In this document: piece after piece, positions 12,010 to 21,250 of the stretch
Position numbering within the stretch: position 1 is the first letter of the stretch
Layout of the letters: every line of letters starts with the position of its first letter
Source of the DNA: Bacteroidales bacterium
GTDB taxonomy: Bacteria > Bacteroidota > Bacteroidia > Bacteroidales > UBA7960
Length of the DNA: 53,453 nt
Assembly (NCBI GenBank): GCA_003559475.1
Contig: PWLF01000193.1
Coordinates: 1 to 53,453, forward strand
Direction: 5' to 3'
The notes under the pieces: generated by a model
Seen by the model: only the letters and a program-made list of their open reading frames with translations
What the model was told of the DNA's origin: nothing
Database searches by the model: none
Program-made: the position numbers and the translations under genes

Positions 12010-12549
12010 ATGAGACACAAGTTTACTAAAACATTTAATCTTAAGGGATTTAAATATTTAGGCATTTTTATAATAATGCTTTTTGCTTTTTCGGTTTCAA
12101 TAATTGTTTCAGCTCAGGAAGCTATACCGGCAACAGGCGGGGATGCTTCAGGTAGTGGTGGCTCAGTGAGTTATACTATTGGGCAAGTTTTTTATACAAC
12201 GTCAACCGGAACCGAAGGATCAGTTGCTCAAGGTGTACAACAACCTTATGAGATTTATGTTATTAGCTCAATTGAAGAAGTGTCGGAAATTGAACTAACT
12301 TTTTCTGCCTATCCTAATCCAACCAGAGATTTCTTACAGTTGGAAGTTGAATTAGAAAATCTTCAACTATTATCAGATGATAATATAAAATATCAGCTTT
12401 TTGATATGAATGGAAAGTTGATTAAATCTGACAAAGTTGAAGATAATCTTACGACTATTACCATGAATGAACTTAACCCCTCAACTTACTTTTTGAGGGT
12501 AATAAGTGGTAATAAGTATTTAAAAACATTTAGAATTATTAAAAATTAA
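12010..12549 (+). CDS. Small T9SS type A cargo protein
   Basis: Signal peptide ending VSA|Q; ~50-aa GGDASGSGGSVSYTIGQ domain; CTD with AYPNP...FDMNGK...YFLRV...RIIKN. Confidence 0.88.
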   Translation: MRHKFTKTFNLKGFKYLGIFIIMLFAFSVSIIVSAQEAIPATGGDASGSGGSVSYTIGQVFYTTSTGTEGSVAQGVQQPYEIYVISSIEEVSEIELTFSAYPNPTRDFLQLEVELENLQLLSDDNIKYQLFDMNGKLIKSDKVEDNLTTITMNELNPSTYFLRVISGNKYLKTFRIIKN

Positions 12550-12550
12550 T

Positions 12551-12609
12551 AGTTCAATTATTGTCAATATTTTTTACTGATTTTGATTCTTAGTAATATT
12601 GACAGAACT
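12551..12609. repeat. Imperfect intergenic hairpin
   Basis: TGTCAATATT (12562-12571) pairs with AATATTGACA (12595-12604); outer AGTTC/GAACT. Confidence 0.6.
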
Positions 12610-12679
12610 GAATTATTTATAAATTAATATGTTGAAGTTATTATATATTTAAATTTTTATAAATTAAAAACATAAAACT

Positions 12680-15600
12680 ATGAAAAGAAAAAATTACAAA
12701 CTAAAAAATTTACTGCTACTTACATTAGCAAATATGTTAATGATTACATCAATTATTTCACAAGCTCCCGCAAAAATGAGCTATCAGGCTGTGATTAGAG
12801 ATAATTCAGATAATCTTATTACTGAACAAGAGATTGGTGTGCAAATTAGTATTTTGCAAGGTTCTGAAGTTGGGACAGCAGTTTTTGTTGAAACTCATAC
12901 TGCTACAACTAATAAAAACGGTTTGGTGACTCTTATGATTGGTGATGGAACTGTTCAGCAAGGTGAACTAGAAAATATAGATTGGCAGGATGGTCCTTAT
13001 GTTATAAAAACAGAGACTGATGTTGACGGAGGAACTAATTATACTATTACAAGTTCAAGTATGTTGCAGAGTGTTCCTTATGCTATGCATTCAACAACAG
13101 CAGAAATCTTAACAGGTGAGATAACAGAAATAGATCCGCTTTTTAATGCAAGCCCTGCAGCTGATATCGAAACCACAGATATTGACAATTGGAATGAAGC
13201 TCATGGCTGGGGCGACCATTCAACAGAAGGGTACTTGACAGACTATGTTGTTACAGAAGAAGATGTTACTCAACATGAAGATGCTCTTAGTATTACTGAA
13301 AGCCAAATTTCTGATTTGCAAAATTATCTTACTTCGGACGATTATCAGGACTTACACCTTGATGATGGTACAGGTATTTTAACAATTACTCATTTAACAG
13401 ATCCAACAGAAATTAATCTTACTCCTTTTCTTGGTGAAAATACTGATAACCAGCAGTTATCTATTGATGGCAATGAGTTAAGTATTGAAAGAGGAAATAC
13501 TGTTACACTTCCTGATGAGACAGATCCTTTATTCACAGCATCGCCAGCTTCAGGAATAGAAACAGAGGATATTGATAATTGGGATGAAGCTCATGGCTGG
13601 GGTGACCACTCAACAGAAGGATATTTGACAGAATATGATGAGACAGATCCTTTATTCACAGCATCGCCTGCTTCAGGAATAGAAACAGAGGATATTGATA
13701 ACTGGGATGAAGCTCATGGTTGGGGCGATCATTCAACAGAAGGATATTTGACAGAATATGATGAGACGGATCCTTTATTCACGGCATCGCCTGCTTCAGG
13801 AATAGAAACAGAGGATATTGATAACTGGGATGAAGCTCATGGTTGGGGCGATCATTCAACAGAAGGATATTTGACAGAATATGATGAGACAGACCCTTTG
13901 TTCACAGCATCGCCTGCTTCAGGAATTGAAACAGAAGATATTGATGACTGGAATATGGCATACAGTTGGGGAGATCATTCAGCACAAGGATATATAACAG
14001 ATTATGTTGTTACAGAAGGAGATGTTACTCAACATGAAGCTGCTATTAACATAACAGAAAGTCAAATTACTGATTTGCAGGATTATTTATTGGATATAAC
14101 GGATGAAGATATAGATGATTTAAATAATGTGAATATTTTTGATATTGAACATGGAGAGATTCTTGTATATGACGAATCAGAGAGTGAGTGGATTAATGCT
14201 TTATTATCTGATAAAGAAACGGACCCTTTGTTTACTGCATGGGATAGGTCAGAAGGTATTGAGATAACTGAAAGTCAAATCACTGACTTAGAGGATTATT
14301 ATTTAGCTTCTAACCCACAAAACTATATTACCAATTTAGATGAAACTGATCCTGTATTTTCAGCATCACCTGCTGCCGGTATTGAAGCAGCTCATATTAG
14401 TATCTGGAATCTTGCTTACAGTTGGGGCGACCATTCAGAAGAAGGATATATAACAGATTATGTTGTTACAGAAGGAGATGTTACTCAACATGAAGCTGCT
14501 ATTAACATAACTGAAAGTCAAATCACCGACTTTGGAACTTATTATTTAGCTTCTAACCCTGCGGGATATATTTCAAATGCAGAAGAGACTGACCCTCTTT
14601 TTAGTGCATCTGCTGCAGCAGGAATTATAGCTGCTGATATAGATAACTGGAATGATGCTTATGATTGGGGAGATCATTCAGCAGAGGGATATCTTACCGG
14701 TTTTACCGAAGCTGACCCCACGTGGTCAGGAGCTCCCAATTTAGTTGGAAGTATTGGTAGAATGGGAGATGTTGGTATTGGAACCGATGACCCTCAAGCT
14801 AAACTGGAAGTAAGGGATAATGATGCTCTTATACATGGTATTACTGTTGGTAGAGGAAGTGGGGATGATGACAGGAATACTGTTTTTGGAAATCAAGCTT
14901 TGGCAGATAATACGTCAGGAAATAACATTGTTGCGATAGGTCTTAATGCACTTAATAGGAATATAGATGGTGATATGAATACTGCAATTGGAGCTAGTGC
15001 ATTAGCTTTAAATGAAACTTCCAATTATAATACAGCTGTTGGTTATGCTGCTTTATATTATAATGTTTCAGGTACAGGTAATAATACTGCTGTTGGTAAT
15101 CGTGCTTTGAAGTTTAATCTATCAGGATCTAATAATACAGCCGTTGGTTATCATGCTCTTAGAAATAGTCTTGGTTTTCAAAATGTTGCTATTGGAAGCT
15201 ATGCTATGGATGAAGGTACAGGTAATTATGCTACAGCCGTTGGCTATCAATCGCTTGAGCGAGTTTCGGGAGCTTATAATTCCGCTTTTGGACATCGTGC
15301 TCTTCAAAATACTACTTCAGGAGAACATAATACAGCCGCTGGTCACAGAGCTCTTGCAGATAATACTACCGGTCAAGGAAACACTTCAGTTGGCTATGCC
15401 TCCGGAGTAAATAACAATGATATGGTAAATACTACATTTGTTGGTAAATGGGCTTATGCAGTTGATGCAGCAGGGATATCTAATTCGGGTTCCTTCGGAT
15501 ATAACTCCAGGGTGAATGCCAGTAATCAATTAAGATTTGGAAATTCTTCTGTTAATGATATTGGAGGCCATGCCGCATGGTCAAATCTTTCTGATGAAAG

Positions 15601-16045
15601 GTTTAAAAATAATGTTAGAGATGATGTAGCCGGTCTTGATTTTATTATGAAATTACGCCCTGTAACATACAACTTGGATGCTCATAAGCTTGCAGGTTTT
15701 CTTCAGGAAGATAGAAAAATTGATGAAGATGGAAATGTTCTTTACGAAAAGAGTCAAGTTGATATAAAAGCTAGAGATGAAAAATCTGCTGTTACACAAA
15801 CAGGATTTATTGCTCAGCAAGTTGAGAAAGCTGCAAATGAGGCAGGTTTTGATTTTAGCGGTATTGTTAAGCCTGAAAATGAAAAAAGTCATTATAGCTT
15901 AAGATATTCTGAATTTGTTGTACCAATGGTTAAAGCTATGCAAGAACAGCAAGCTATAATTGAACAACAACAGCAACAAATTAATGACTTGCAAAGACAA
16001 GTTAATGAAATGAGGACAAATAGTCAATTTGAATCAAGTAACTAA
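12680..16045 (+). CDS. Secreted tail-fibre-like protein with C-terminal peptidase S74 intramolecular chaperone
   Basis: Signal peptide, then QAPAKMSYQAVIRD domain, ETDP repeats, NTAVG..AL beta-roll repeats, SDERFK autocleavage motif, GFIAQQV and a terminal coiled coil. Confidence 0.88.
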   Translation: MKRKNYKLKNLLLLTLANMLMITSIISQAPAKMSYQAVIRDNSDNLITEQEIGVQISILQGSEVGTAVFVETHTATTNKNGLVTLMIGDGTVQQGELENIDWQDGPYVIKTETDVDGGTNYTITSSSMLQSVPYAMHSTTAEILTGEITEIDPLFNASPAADIETTDIDNWNEAHGWGDHSTEGYLTDYVVTEEDVTQHEDALSITESQISDLQNYLTSDDYQDLHLDDGTGILTITHLTDPTEINLTPFLGENTDNQQLSIDGNELSIERGNTVTLPDETDPLFTASPASGIETEDIDNWDEAHGWGDHSTEGYLTEYDETDPLFTASPASGIETEDIDNWDEAHGWGDHSTEGYLTEYDETDPLFTASPASGIETEDIDNWDEAHGWGDHSTEGYLTEYDETDPLFTASPASGIETEDIDDWNMAYSWGDHSAQGYITDYVVTEGDVTQHEAAINITESQITDLQDYLLDITDEDIDDLNNVNIFDIEHGEILVYDESESEWINALLSDKETDPLFTAWDRSEGIEITESQITDLEDYYLASNPQNYITNLDETDPVFSASPAAGIEAAHISIWNLAYSWGDHSEEGYITDYVVTEGDVTQHEAAINITESQITDFGTYYLASNPAGYISNAEETDPLFSASAAAGIIAADIDNWNDAYDWGDHSAEGYLTGFTEADPTWSGAPNLVGSIGRMGDVGIGTDDPQAKLEVRDNDALIHGITVGRGSGDDDRNTVFGNQALADNTSGNNIVAIGLNALNRNIDGDMNTAIGASALALNETSNYNTAVGYAALYYNVSGTGNNTAVGNRALKFNLSGSNNTAVGYHALRNSLGFQNVAIGSYAMDEGTGNYATAVGYQSLERVSGAYNSAFGHRALQNTTSGEHNTAAGHRALADNTTGQGNTSVGYASGVNNNDMVNTTFVGKWAYAVDAAGISNSGSFGYNSRVNASNQLRFGNSSVNDIGGHAAWSNLSDERFKNNVRDDVAGLDFIMKLRPVTYNLDAHKLAGFLQEDRKIDEDGNVLYEKSQVDIKARDEKSAVTQTGFIAQQVEKAANEAGFDFSGIVKPENEKSHYSLRYSEFVVPMVKAMQEQQAIIEQQQQQINDLQRQVNEMRTNSQFESSN
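13514..13945 (+). repeat. 123-bp (41-aa) near-identical coding tandem repeat, ~3.5 copies
   Basis: Units start at 13514, 13637, 13760 and 13883 and encode DETDPLFTASPASGIETEDIDNWDEAHGWGDHSTEGYLTEY. Confidence 0.97.
13986..14523 (+). repeat. Dispersed ~80-bp direct repeat encoding GYITDYVVTEGDVTQHEAAINITESQI
   Basis: Near-identical copies start at 13986 and 14442; a diverged copy lies near 13230. Confidence 0.9.
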
Positions 16046-16093
16046 AAAATTTTTTTTAACTTAAATTTATTGTTTAACTAAATATAATTAATT

Positions 16094-19000
16094 ATGAGAA
16101 GATTTAAAGTATTTTTATCCGTTTTTTTATTACTTTTTGCAATTAATGCACAATCTAATGATGAAGTAATAAAGTTAACTTTTAGTGCAACTTATGATGG
16201 AGAATGGACTCCTTTGGACAGGGTTTTACTGGAAAACTTGTCCCAAGGGGGAGAATATACCATTTTTTATCCCGATACAGTAATGGAATTGCCGACTCAT
16301 ACCGGTATTGGAGATATTCATGGAGAATATAAAAATCTGTATGTGTCGCAAAACTATCCAAACCCTTTCTCAAAAAAAACAAATATTAATGTGGGAGTGG
16401 TTGAGAAAGATGATTTTACAATTAATATTTATGACGTTGCAGGTAGAGAATTAGCAACTTATGAAGTAGAATTAGAACCGAATCTTCATAATTTCACATT
16501 TTATGCTTGTAGTGAGCAGATGTATATATTAACTGTAAAATCTAAAAAACACCTGGAAAAACAATTGATGATACAAACAGGTCCGGGTGGAGATAATTCA
16601 AAGATTGTTTATAACGGAACTGTCGCGAGAACAGAAAGCGGAGAACAATCATCAAAGACTTTCCCTTTCAAACCCGGAGATGTTTTAAGATTTACCGGAT
16701 ATAAAGGAGAGCAAAGTGAAGAGAAAGTTGACACACCAAATAAAGATACTGAATATACTTTTAAATTTAAGAGTTGTGAGCCTAATGCTCCTGTTGCAAA
16801 AGTTGCTTCAGATATTCAGGGTGATTCGTTTAAGGCAAACTGGAATTCTGTAACTGCTGACCCTGCTGTTACCAAGTATCTCCTTGATGTATCAGAGGAT
16901 GATGACTTTAGTACCTATATCTATGAACAAGAAGATGTTGGAAATAATACAGAATATACAGTTTCAGGATTGGATACTGAAACAGAATATTATTACAGAG
17001 TTTATGCTGTAAATAATTGCGGGGAATCAAAATCTTCAAATGTTATTTCTGTTATGACAACAACAGGATGTGTAAAGCCTGATGCTCCTGTTGCTACAGC
17101 CGCAACAAATATTGAAGGTCTTGAGTTTACGGCAAATTGGGATGCAGTAACTTCTGATCCTGCAGTTACTCATTATTTATTAGATGTTTCAGAAGATAGT
17201 GATTTTAGTACTTTTATTCTTGAAAAAGAGAATGTGGGTGATGTTACAGACTATGTCGTAACAGGACTAACTACTGATACTGAATATTTTTACAGAGTAT
17301 TTGCAGTAAATAGTTGTGGACAGTCAGATGCATCAAATGAAATTTCAGTTACGACTATATGTCCGCTACCTGATGCACCTGTTGCTACAGAAGCTACATA
17401 TGTTGATGAAACTGAGTTTACGGCAAATTGGGATGCAGTAATATCTCTTCCCGCTGTTACTCATTACTTATTGGATGTTTCAGAAGATAGTGATTTTAGT
17501 ACTTATGTGCTTGAAAAAGAAGACGTTGGTGATGTTACAGAGTATGAGTTAACAGACTTGGATGAAGAAACTCAGTATTTCTATAGAGTCTTTGCAGTTA
17601 ATGAATGTGGTCAGTCTGATGCATCAAATGTTATTGATGTTGAAACAGCAGTATGTCCTACTCCTGATGAAGCTCCTATTGCTGATCCGGCTACGGATGT
17701 TAATGCTGATCAGTTTAAAGCAAACTGGCAAGAAGTGACTTTTGACCCTGAAATAACAAGCTATCTTATAGATGTTTCAACAGAAAGTGATTTTAGTAGC
17801 TATATTTATGAAAAAGAAAATGTCGGAGATGTTACTGAATATATTGTAACAGGATTAGATGCAGGCACTGAGTATTTTTATAGAGTATATGCTTTTAATA
17901 TGTGTGGAGAGTCTGATCCGTCTAATGAGATATCAGTTACTACAACATGCCCTGTGCCATCTGCTGTAAATGTAAAAGATGCTTCAGATATCGGCGTAGA
18001 TGAGTTTAGAGCAAACTGGCTTGCTGTAACTTCAAGTCCTGAAGTAACTCATTACTTATTAGATGTTTCATTAGAAGAAGATTTTGGTTCTTATGTTTAT
18101 GAAAATGTAAATGTTGGAAATAATACAGAATATCTTGTTGACGGACTAGATGCCGGGACGGAGTATTATTACAGAGTTTTTGCTGTTAACTCTTGTGGAG
18201 TATCAGATCCTTCAAAAGGTGTTTCTGTTGAAACTGTATGTCCTGTTCCGGGACAGCCTGTTGCTACAGATGCTACAGATATAGAAAATGATAGATTTAC
18301 GGCAAACTGGGAAGATGTTACTGCAGACCCGGCTGTAACACACTATTTATTGGATGTTACTACTGATAGTGAATTTGATGTATATAACAGAATTAATGTA
18401 GGAGATAATACAGAATATGTTGTTGAAGGACTAGATATCGGGACTGATTATTTTTACAGGGTTTTTGCTGTAAATAGTTGCGGGACATCTAAACCTTCAA
18501 TAGTTGTTGATGTTACTACTTTATGTGATGTTGTGCCTGATGCTCCTGTTGCACAAGATGCTACGGACATCGGAGCTGTTTCTTTTGTGGCAAACTGGGA
18601 TGCTGTAGTTTCTGTACCGGAAGTAACCGGTTATAATTTAAGAGTTAGGGAAGTCAAAGGTGGTACACCAACTATAGTATTTAACCAAAATGTAGGAAAT
18701 GTTACAGAATATAAAGTTGGGGATTTAAACCCGGATACTGATTATATTTATATTGTTATAGCAATTAACCCATGTGGTACATCTGATATATCAAATGAAA
18801 TAGATGTAACTACTTTGTGTCCTGAGCCGGATGCTCCTACTGCCAATGAAGCCGGAAAAATCGAAGCTACTTCTTTTGTGGCAAACTGGGATGCTGTAGT
18901 TTCTGTACCGGAAGTAACCGATTATAATTTAGTAGTTGTAAAAAATCCTAATGGAGTTCCTACACAAGTATTTAATTCCGATGTAGGGGATGTTACACAA

Positions 19001-20047
19001 TATGAAGTTGAGGATTTAGAACCGGGTACTGAATATGGATATATTGTAAGAGCAATTAACTCATGTGGTAACTCTACTTTTTCAGACCCGGAAATACTTG
19101 TAACTACTTTATGCCCTACTCCTGATGAACCAACAGCTAACCCTGCTTCTAATATCGAGTATAACTCATTTGTGGCAAACTGGGATGCAGTAGTTTCTGA
19201 ACCGGAAGTAACCGATTATAATTTAAGAGTTATAGAAGACCCTAATGGGACTCCTAAACAAATATTTAATTCCAATGTAGGGAATGTTACAGAATATATA
19301 GTTGATGGTTTAGATCCGGATACTGAATATGCATATGTTGTAAGAGCAATTAATCCATGTGGTAACTCTTCTTTTTCAAACCCGGAGATATATGTAACTA
19401 CTTTGGAAGATCCTTGTAATGATCCCTCCAGTGGAGATATAACTTTTACTTATAATGGCGAGGAAGTCACTTATGGTATAGTTAGAAGCGGTAACAGATG
19501 CTGGCTTGATAGAAACCTGGGAGCTTCACAAGTTGCAACAGCAATAGATGATGAAGATGCTTACGGAGATCTTTTCCAGTGGGGTAGAGAAGATGATGGT
19601 CATCAAGAAAGAGATTCTGATGAGACCTCTACTTTAGCTGATTCTGACCAGCCCGGTCATGATGAATTTATTAAAGCTGTTGATCATCCTAATGATTGGC
19701 GTGAAGGTAATAATGATAACAGATGGAATGCTGATCCTATGGTTAATAACCCTTGCCCTCTTAGCTGGGCTGTTCCTAGTGTAGAAGATTGGAATTATGA
19801 AGTGGACAGGTGGAGCAGTAATGATAGTGAAGGTGCTTTTAATTCACCTCTTAAACTAACAGCCGGAGGTTATCGTGGGGTTTTAGGTTCTGTTTCAGGT
19901 GAAGGAACATCAGGGGCTTACTGGAGTAGCTCAGTTTTGTCAACAGCATCTAATCGTTTATATTTTGATGATGATAGCTCTAATACTAATTCACAACATC
20001 GTGTACGTGGTTCTTCAGTTCGTTGTATTATGGATAAAAAGAAATAA
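16094..20047 (+). CDS. Secreted protein with internal T9SS CTD-like domain, nine fibronectin type III repeats and C-terminal FISUMP-like domain
   Basis: Signal peptide; SQNYPNPF...IYDVAGRE near the N-terminus; nine F.ANW...YRV.A.N.CG.S units; C-terminal WLDRNLGA, GDLFQWGR, PCP..W.VP, YWSSS and SVRCI. Confidence 0.88.
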   Translation: MRRFKVFLSVFLLLFAINAQSNDEVIKLTFSATYDGEWTPLDRVLLENLSQGGEYTIFYPDTVMELPTHTGIGDIHGEYKNLYVSQNYPNPFSKKTNINVGVVEKDDFTINIYDVAGRELATYEVELEPNLHNFTFYACSEQMYILTVKSKKHLEKQLMIQTGPGGDNSKIVYNGTVARTESGEQSSKTFPFKPGDVLRFTGYKGEQSEEKVDTPNKDTEYTFKFKSCEPNAPVAKVASDIQGDSFKANWNSVTADPAVTKYLLDVSEDDDFSTYIYEQEDVGNNTEYTVSGLDTETEYYYRVYAVNNCGESKSSNVISVMTTTGCVKPDAPVATAATNIEGLEFTANWDAVTSDPAVTHYLLDVSEDSDFSTFILEKENVGDVTDYVVTGLTTDTEYFYRVFAVNSCGQSDASNEISVTTICPLPDAPVATEATYVDETEFTANWDAVISLPAVTHYLLDVSEDSDFSTYVLEKEDVGDVTEYELTDLDEETQYFYRVFAVNECGQSDASNVIDVETAVCPTPDEAPIADPATDVNADQFKANWQEVTFDPEITSYLIDVSTESDFSSYIYEKENVGDVTEYIVTGLDAGTEYFYRVYAFNMCGESDPSNEISVTTTCPVPSAVNVKDASDIGVDEFRANWLAVTSSPEVTHYLLDVSLEEDFGSYVYENVNVGNNTEYLVDGLDAGTEYYYRVFAVNSCGVSDPSKGVSVETVCPVPGQPVATDATDIENDRFTANWEDVTADPAVTHYLLDVTTDSEFDVYNRINVGDNTEYVVEGLDIGTDYFYRVFAVNSCGTSKPSIVVDVTTLCDVVPDAPVAQDATDIGAVSFVANWDAVVSVPEVTGYNLRVREVKGGTPTIVFNQNVGNVTEYKVGDLNPDTDYIYIVIAINPCGTSDISNEIDVTTLCPEPDAPTANEAGKIEATSFVANWDAVVSVPEVTDYNLVVVKNPNGVPTQVFNSDVGDVTQYEVEDLEPGTEYGYIVRAINSCGNSTFSDPEILVTTLCPTPDEPTANPASNIEYNSFVANWDAVVSEPEVTDYNLRVIEDPNGTPKQIFNSNVGNVTEYIVDGLDPDTEYAYVVRAINPCGNSSFSNPEIYVTTLEDPCNDPSSGDITFTYNGEEVTYGIVRSGNRCWLDRNLGASQVATAIDDEDAYGDLFQWGREDDGHQERDSDETSTLADSDQPGHDEFIKAVDHPNDWREGNNDNRWNADPMVNNPCPLSWAVPSVEDWNYEVDRWSSNDSEGAFNSPLKLTAGGYRGVLGSVSGEGTSGAYWSSSVLSTASNRLYFDDDSSNTNSQHRVRGSSVRCIMDKKK
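16775..19410 (+). repeat. Nine ~96-98-aa FN3 coding repeats
   Basis: Periodic GCAAAYTGG (ANW) motif; the last three units share long near-identical DNA stretches. Confidence 0.92.
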
Positions 20048-20080
20048 GAATTACCGGAAATTAGATTAGGTAATAGTTTT

Positions 20081-20120
20081 AAAAAAGCTTTGGCTCAGAT
20101 TTCTGAGCCAAAGCTTTTTT
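20081..20120. terminator. Bidirectional intrinsic terminator
   Basis: AAAAAAGCTTTGGCTCAGA-TT-TCTGAGCCAAAGCTTTTTT, a perfect inverted repeat with A/T tails between convergent genes. Confidence 0.93.
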
Positions 20121-20196
20121 TATAAATCAAGAAAAATTAAAATATAATGATTTATATAAATAATATTTTACGTATTGCAATATCTCCTTAATAATT

Positions 20197-21144
20197 CTAC
20201 TTAACTCTTAATAATGTCTTATATATACGAAACACTAATTTTAAAACTAATGGCATTCGGTTAATTATTAAAGTTTGATAGTTAAGTTTTTTACTTCCAA
20301 AACCTTTGTAAAAATAAGCTGTTCCCGGGTGGTTAGATCCCTCAAAGTCAAGAATTAGCGAACTGCCGGCATTGTTATTTATAAAATCATCAATTAAATG
20401 ATTCATGGCTCCGGTTTCTTTTGCCTTCTCATCAGATCCTGAAAATAAAAAAATAATTCGGTTATGGCTTTTAACTAGTATCATACCACCACAAATATTA
20501 TTTTTATCTGTGTAAACAGAATGTATAAAAGCAATACCTTTATGTATGCATGAATATGCAAGATGCTTTAAGTTATTATACTCCGAATCTTTTATGGTTT
20601 TTAGTTTCTTTCCCTTGTTGTCCCTGAATAAAGTAATTATTTGTTCAGGTCTGTCAGCATAAGTTATAAATAAGTCGCTCTTTTTTGCTTTTTTTATGTT
20701 TCTTTTATTGTTTGTTGAATAGTTATCTTTTATTTTATCATATTGTTCTGATAAATCTAATTCAAAAGTTTGATTGTCAATTATCTTAAATTTTTTATTT
20801 ATAGGTAATTCGTTTTGAGTATTAAAGTTATAATAAATAAACTTAAATTTTTCGGGAATGGATTCTATAAATTTATTTATAAGTTCAGTATCGGCTTTTT
20901 CTTTTGAAAAGACTCCCAACTGCTGAACAAAAGCAGGTTGATAAATATAGTTAATGCCAAATTTTTTTCGGCAAGGCAGTGGCATAACGGCTTGATAATC
21001 ATCTTTTACCAAAGCATCCCAGTAATGCGATGTTATATCAAGATACCATGAATATCCGTATATAATTCCATTATGAGCATTTTCTATGCATTTGTCCCAT
21101 TTTTCAAAATCAATTTCTTTATGCTTTAAGTATCGTATTGTCAT
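20197..21144 (-). CDS. GNAT-fold (FemAB-like) acyl/aminoacyl transferase
   Basis: YSWYLD, AVMPLP, YQP.F.QQLG, NNKRNIKKA, LDFEGS and FYKGFG, typical of tandem-GNAT proteins near polysaccharide genes. Confidence 0.78.
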   Translation of the reverse strand: MTIRYLKHKEIDFEKWDKCIENAHNGIIYGYSWYLDITSHYWDALVKDDYQAVMPLPCRKKFGINYIYQPAFVQQLGVFSKEKADTELINKFIESIPEKFKFIYYNFNTQNELPINKKFKIIDNQTFELDLSEQYDKIKDNYSTNNKRNIKKAKKSDLFITYADRPEQIITLFRDNKGKKLKTIKDSEYNNLKHLAYSCIHKGIAFIHSVYTDKNNICGGMILVKSHNRIIFLFSGSDEKAKETGAMNHLIDDFINNNAGSSLILDFEGSNHPGTAYFYKGFGSKKLNYQTLIINRMPLVLKLVFRIYKTLLRVK

Positions 21145-21250
21145 AAATTATAATACTTTTGTTGAATATACTTTTTTGCAAAATAAAGGTTACTAAATAT
21201 GATTAGAATTATTTAGTTTTTTCTAAATGTGAAATTACTGAATTATTCCA

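Noticed and set aside
13514-13945. CRISPR array
   Set aside because: Contiguous in-frame 123-bp coding repeats with no unique spacers and no cas genes.
12680-16045. Prophage or tailocin
   Set aside because: The fibre has a Sec signal peptide, and no capsid, baseplate, sheath, lysis or integrase genes are present.
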